A DNA stretch of 64,000 nt from Diplonema japonicum (lineage: Eukaryota; Protista; Euglenozoa: Diplonemea): contig OZ025713.1 of the NCBI GenBank assembly GCA_964019335.1, positions 62,001 to 126,000 on the forward strand, written 5' to 3'. The notes below the pieces were generated by a model. The model did no database searches and was not told the DNA's origin. It saw only the letters and a program-made list of their open reading frames with translations. Below, one piece after another: positions 58,224 through 64,000 of the stretch. Position numbers and translations under genes: made by a program. The stretch's first letter is position 1. Each line of letters starts with the position of its first letter.

Positions 58224-61200
58224 TTAAATCAAATTCAACCGCTCGACCTTCCTGTTCCCATCAGCAATTGTTCGCGTGCGTCTCGAACCATGGAAAATAC
58301 CCGAGGCGTCCATCACCTGAGGAGTGAACCGTTTCCCCGTGTTTTGCACTGGGGGGGTTCTAGGTGTCTGTGGACGAGAAGACTTATTCAGCACACTGAA
58401 GTTACTGTAAACACTGCCCCCCATGAGGTCAATCTCTGGTGTATCCACAATCTTTCCACGAACAAATGAATCTTGCGGCTGCAGGTCTTCTAGGCTTATT
58501 ATCCCCGGAGGCACCTTCTCGTCGTCGTCCTCCTCGATGCTGTTCCCGCAGCACAGGAAGTGCGCCACAAACGACCCCTTCCTCCCCTTCTCGTCCCAGA
58601 CACTGTGCTCATCTATTGTGAACACCACCAAATCGATCGCAAATTTCAGGAGGATCACATACACAATGACCATCGAGAGCTGTCCTGCAACACCTGCCGT
58701 CCAGTGGTCAGTGGGGTGGCTGCTTCCCAAGGCAACGGTGATGAGGATCGTCACGACCAGCTCCATCCCCACCACACAGGTGTCCAGGAAGTTCTCGTAA
58801 GGTGCGATGTACGGGCAGAACATCAGTACCAACAGCATCGCCCCGAGGATGGCCGCTGTGAAGGCAGCCTTCGTCATGCACTGGTTCGTGCTTGGTGGTT
58901 CCCACGCCGACACAATCCCCATCAGGAAGGTGGTGAGGAGTTCCCAGCACAGGTAGTACCTGAAGATCCCAGGGCGGTAGGCATCGTACGACAGCCCGTT
59001 CAACCCACACCATGCTCCGTCCCCAGGGGTCTTCCACGACACCCACTCCTGCTTACCCCAGAAGGCCCACTGCAGAGATGTGGTGTTCACCTTTTCAACA
59101 TATGCTTTCCTGGGCACGACCCTTCCTATCTTCCAAGCGTACACAGCGAACAGCCCAGGGAACACCGCCAGGTCCACAGCAGCCAGAACCTTGAACCCCA
59201 TTGTCGAGTAGAGCAGGGCGGCGAAGCACGACAGCACCGACCCCCCGAACAGGAACTGAATCGGGATGAGCGACCACCCCACACGTGCCCTTGCAAGGAT
59301 GTACAGTGTGCTCTCCCCAGGGTGCCGCGAGCGGACGATCGTCACAGCGGTCCCTGCTGCCAGGACAAGTGCCACCTGCATGCCGACACTTCCCACCAGA
59401 GCCCCGTTCACCTCCTTGTTCACTCCAGAGCCAATCGTGAGCCCCAAGGGGTTCAGCGTCCTGTCCAGTTCCGTCGTCCCATCAGAGGGACACAGCATCA
59501 TGCGTTGAACGAGGGATGCCCGCACCAAAGCGGGGCCTGCCGATGCAGAGGCCGGTACAGCAGCAGCCACCACTGTCACAGAGGCCGTCGCTGCCGCTGT
59601 TGTTCCTTCCAGCTGTTCGTGGTTTGGGAGGGTGTTCTGATCTCCTTTCATCGGCACTGTCACCTTGCACCCCACCCCACACTCACACTCCATCCCGTCA
59701 GCAGCATTCCCACATACAAACGAGCTGCTCGCCCCAAAAAGCTCTTCCCTCAGGAGAACAGTCACCACCTCACCCTTCCCTTTAGACTTCTGGTAGTTCC
59801 CGTCTCGTATCATCAGGTCCACCCCGTCACGGCCATCGCTCACCTTTGCTGTCACTGTTCCATTGTTCCGCTTGCTGGCCGCTGCGAACCCCACCCCTGC
59901 TGCATCAGGTGCCTTGTCAGTCTCCAGAATCACACACGCCCCCCCACCACAGGTCACAGGGGGTGTTCTTCCCTGCAATCCGCTATTTCCAAAGGTCATG
60001 GACCCCCCAGGCCAGACCAGAACCACTGACAAAGGAACCCCTGCTCTGTGCTCCAAGAGCCGCCCTAGAATGCTGAAGTGCATGGTCCCTCCGCCCCCTC
60101 TGATCACATCCCCAGTGAAGGGGTCTGGACGGAGCCTCCACTGGAACTTCTTTCCATCCGGTGAGGCTGTGACAAGAGGGGCCGCAGTGGGAAGTGCTGT
60201 GGGAGGGATCGCTGTTGCTGGAGTAGAAGTGGGAGTCTGTGTCGGGGTGAGGGTGGCGGGTGCTGTTGTGGGAGGTGCATCGGTGTTGGGGACGAAGGTG
60301 GAGGGGGGCACTGTCGGTGGGGAAGACGTCGGGGGCTGTGTGAGGGGCACCAGGGTGGGGGGTGCTGAGGTAGGGGGTGCCACCGTTGGTACTGCTGTGT
60401 CTGGTGTCACCGTGGCAGGTGGCTGCGTATCGGGCACAAGAGTTTCAGGGGCTGTTGTATCAGGTGCAGGTGTACTAGGGGCAGGTGTACTAGGGGCAGG
60501 TGTACTAGGGGCAGGTGTACTAGGGGCAGGTGTGCTCGGAGCAGTGGTGTCCGGAAATGGAGTAGGTGGAGCAACGGTAGGGGGGGACGGGGTGTCGGGA
60601 GCCGCAGTTGGCACTGCCGTGTCAGGCGCACGAGTTGACGGCGCTAAAGTGTCAGGTGCCGGCGTGTCGGGTGCTGTTTTTTTTTTTTCTTCTTTTTTCT
60701 TCTGTACTTTATTGGTGTCCAACCGTGTCATAAAGTTTCACTCAGCAGGTAAAACGGTTGGATATATCAATGTGCTCATAATCAGCGGAGAACATCTCCT
60801 TTTGTGCACACCAGAGAGTACACGGCGATCGTTGTTTCAAAGACGCACGCCCCAGCCCAGACATGGCAGGCGACCTCCGAACCCGAAAGCTAATCCAAGG
60901 GAGCACAGGTGGCACTTGGTCGCACCAAGATCGCGTCAGCTCCAGAAGGGAGGTGTTAAAGATAGACCCCCCCCCCCCCCCCCCATAGGCGAAAACAGCA
61001 AGCGAAAGAAGCGCTTTCCAGGGATACCGTACCAGCTAGTCTTGGGATCACAGAACAAAAACAAAGAAACAAAAAGGAAAATGAAAAACATACCAGAAGT
61101 GTCCGGGGCAGACGTGTCAGGAAAAGGTGTCGCAGGCGCAGGTGTCGCTGGAGCCTGGGTGGGCGGAGCGGGCGTCGCAGGTGCCACAGTCGCGGGCGCA

Positions 61201-62249
61201 GGTGTAAGGGGTGCCGGTGTTGCAGGAGCGAGAGTGTCGGGGGCGTCAGTATCCACCGCATTGATGTCAATAACATGCACCCCTGCTGACCCGTCTGCAA
61301 CGTAGATGTACGGCCTCTCAACAACAAGACCCATCGGCATGCCAGGTGTGTTGATCACCTCCTTCAAGGAAGGAGCCGCCTTGTTGGTCACATCCACAAT
61401 AGCAACCCCATCAGGGTCAGCACTGTACATACCCGGACAAGCCACGAAGAGCGTGTCAGCGTCCCACACAACATCCTTGCAACCCATGTTCAACGGGAAG
61501 TCGCTGATGAGAACGGGAGCGGAACTATCTGTCGCATCCAGAATGTGGACACCACCCTTCCAAGACCCGCTGGAAGTGGACGCGATGTAGATGAACTGAT
61601 TCACGGTGAAGACACCGTAGGCCTTGCCGATGATGTTGGTGGTGCTGATGATATCGATCAGCGTTGTTGGGTTTGAAATATCTGCGATTTGAAGCTTCCG
61701 GTCGCTCACCCCGTAGGCGAGGTTGCGGGTGGTGTCGACAGCGAAGCCGACTGCTTTGAACGAAGTTTCACTCTGCGACACTTGAACGGTAGGGGACAGT
61801 GTGACGCTAGACATCCCAGTGGTGGACCCGCCGGCTACGTAAAGTAAATCATTCGTCTCATCGAGAATGCAGTGCTTCAAGTAGTAACGGGTGGTGCTTT
61901 GGACTTCTTGCATAGGGACGGCCGTGATATCGAACACCTTGATGCTCCCTTCTGACTGGTATGTGACGTACATTCTTGTCCTTGCGGCGTTCGTTGCCAT
62001 CTTCCCGGGCCAGATCACCTTGGGGGTGATGACCTTGCTGTCGACTGAGGTGGGGCTGCCAGCGGTGGACACATCGATGATCTCCAGCCCGTCCTCTTCC
62101 GTGTGCGAGACGTACAGGAAGTCCCCGTTCTTCGTGACATACTTCGCCCTCGGTCTCAGCATCGCGTTCGAGGTCCCGATGATCTTCGCGCTCTGCACCT
62201 GCGCTGTGCACAGCAGCAGCAGAGTTGGGATTGCATGTTTTATAATCAT
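58224..62249 (-). CDS. Surface receptor: signal peptide, LVIVD-repeat beta-propeller, Pro/Thr/Ala stalk, Cys-containing domain, multipass TM region, cytosolic tail (about 1201 aa); intron 60674-61093
   Basis: GLEIIDVS, GVHILD, GVAIVDV, YIYVADG..GVHVID. Phase-1 GTATGT...ACAG intron gives 3606 nt in frame, at the same position as the paralog's intron. Confidence 0.85.
60720..60990 (+). mobile_element. Degenerate LINE 3' fragment (family D-like), antisense within an intron
   Basis: ctccagaagggaggtgttaaagatagaccccc..cataggcg matches the reverse complement of 42155-42200. Confidence 0.7.
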
Positions 62250-62474
62250 GTAATTAATTTAAAAAAAAAAAACCTTTTTTTTATTTTCTTTTTTTTTTTT
62301 TTTTATGTGTGGATAAAAAAGAAGAAGAAAAAAGAAAAAAAAAAAAAAAAAAAAAACAAAGAAGTTCACTAAAGGTGAGGATCGAGGAACAACGACCAAA
62401 GAGCGGGGAAAGAAAAGCATGAAGGCAGCCAAGCAGGCCGGTCGATGCAACAACTCACGCAATATTCTGTGTGC

Positions 62475-62566
62475 ACTCTGCTGTTTTTGCGTCACGTCAC
62501 TGTCGCTGAGAACCTTCTTCACATCAGCTCTTCCTTACGTGATGAGGATGTGTAATGCGTCGGTGT
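62475..62566 (-). pseudogene. Remnant of the last ankyrin repeat and C-terminus of an ART-ankyrin paralog
   Basis: Matches 37840-37925 (KKVLSDSDVTQ versus KKALSDGDVTQ). Confidence 0.75.
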
Positions 62567-63342
62567 GTTTGTTAGTCGATTTGCAATACGGGGTAAATAC
62601 CTTTCACATAACTGAACGTAAGAACGTAACCATTCACATTTAAGGGGGGGGGGGGGGAGGGGGCTGCTAAAATGCACTCCCTGCAGGCGTCTACGAAGGA
62701 GCTCGATGGTCCACAGGCTTGTCCACAAGACTTGGCAACGGCGACAGGTCGGATGAGAGCTTTTGATTGTTGCGCCTGCCCTCCGCACTGGCACCTTCTA
62801 TGCATTGCAATAATACAATTTAAAAAAGTGGTGTAAAAAAAGAAGCAGGAAAGGTAAATGTGAATTAAGTTGAGGGTTTTCTTTTTCTTTTTCTTCTTTT
62901 TTTTTTTTTTTTTTTTAACCAGCGCTGGGAGCATTTGGGACACTGTAAAGTGTAAGAAAAGTTGTGATTAAATAAAATATATATTCCGGATTAAAATATC
63001 CACACTTTCTTTTGGCAGTTTTGGCAGAATTTTCTTTTTTTCACTCATAAAACTTAAAAATTGAAAAGTTTGCTTTTCTAAGGGGTTCTTCACGGCTAAA
63101 ATAGGCCAAAATGGCACTATTTCTCCCCACCCCAAAAGCTTCACAGATTTTTCTATCTGCGTCCATTCCTCCGGAAAAACGAAAACGAAAAAAAAATATA
63201 TATGAGTTAAAGGAGGCCGGTGTTGGCGGCGCCCTGCAAGTACTGTCTACTTGATTACAAAAAAAAAAAAAAAAAAATCATTTTAAAAAACATGTTTTTG
63301 CACGTGCGTTTTAAAAATAAAACAAACAGTGAGCATTTTGAC

Positions 63343-64000
63343 CTATGCTACACCTGGGACTCTACACCCTGCTGCGATAAGGGTTTGTAATGCGTCGGCG
63401 TGCTTGTTTTCAATCGCTTTGCAACACGGGGTAATACCGTCGTTGTTGGCCTTCTTCACATCGGCTTTTCCTTCCGTGATGAGGATTCGCAATGCGTCGG
63501 TTTTTCCGTTTTCGGCAGCTATGTAACACGGGGTACAACCGTCATTGTTGGCCTTGTTCACATCAGCCTTTCCTTCCCTGATGAGAATGCGTAATGCGTC
63601 AATGTGACTATCAATGGCCATGATACACGGGGTAATACCGTGGATATCGGCCATGTTCACATCTGCCTTTCCTTCAGTAATGAGGATGCGTAATGCGTCG
63701 CTGTGCCCACCTTGAGCCGCCTTGTAACACGGGGTCATACCATTTCTGTCGGTCTTGTTCACATCAGCTTTTCCTTCCGTGATGAGGATGCGTAATGCAT
63801 CGGCATGTCCATTTTCAGCCGCTATGGAACACGGGGTGGACCCGTCGTCGTAGGCCTTGTTAACATCAGCCTTTCCTTCCGTGATAAGGATGCGTAATGA
63901 GTCAGCGTGACCAATACCAGCCGCCGTGATACACGGTGTCTCACCTTTAATCTCTGCCTTGTTCACATCTGCCTTACCTTCCGTGATGAGGATGCGTAAT
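63343..64000 (-). CDS. Ankyrin-repeat protein of the same family, 3' part; continues beyond the right edge
   Basis: Six 34-aa repeats with the same DALRILITEGKADVNKA framework. Confidence 0.9.
   Translation of the reverse strand, partial: LRILITEGKADVNKAEIKGETPCITAAGIGHADSLRILITEGKADVNKAYDDGSTPCSIAAENGHADALRILITEGKADVNKTDRNGMTPCYKAAQGGHSDALRILITEGKADVNMADIHGITPCIMAIDSHIDALRILIREGKADVNKANNDGCTPCYIAAENGKTDALRILITEGKADVKKANNDGITPCCKAIENKHADALQTLIAAGCRVPGVA

Noticed and set aside
1-64000. tRNA, rRNA, SL RNA or snoRNA genes
   Set aside because: None recognisable by eye. tRNAscan-SE or Infernal would be needed to exclude them.

Overview
Eukaryotic, homopolymer-rich genomic DNA. Every credible gene in the 64 kb is on the minus strand, and the genes carry sparse short GT-AG introns. 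By inference this is a euglenozoan, most likely diplonemid, directional gene cluster. Left third: a tandem family of type-I membrane proteins, each with three near-identical beta-lactamase/PBP-fold domains lacking the catalytic Ser (GxxK instead of SxxK), interspersed with DUF924, PLAC8, UBL-LRR and small genes. Middle: a degenerate adenylate-cyclase-like receptor, a bacterial-type D-amino acid dehydrogenase, and two 5'-truncated non-LTR retrotransposons (RT plus Zn finger; one keeps an APE remnant). Right third: a tandemly duplicated module pairing an R-S-E ADP-ribosyltransferase/ankyrin protein (DARPin-like variable repeats) with an LVIVD-propeller/mucin-stalk/multipass receptor, plus a PARP-like gene and decayed copies. 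Intergenic DNA holds many 40-300 bp relics of LINE 3' ends from several subfamilies. These share a bulged 3' stem-loop, end in T-runs or (AT)n rather than poly(A), and are almost all co-oriented with transcription. All calls come from reading the sequence and the ORF track; no searches were run.
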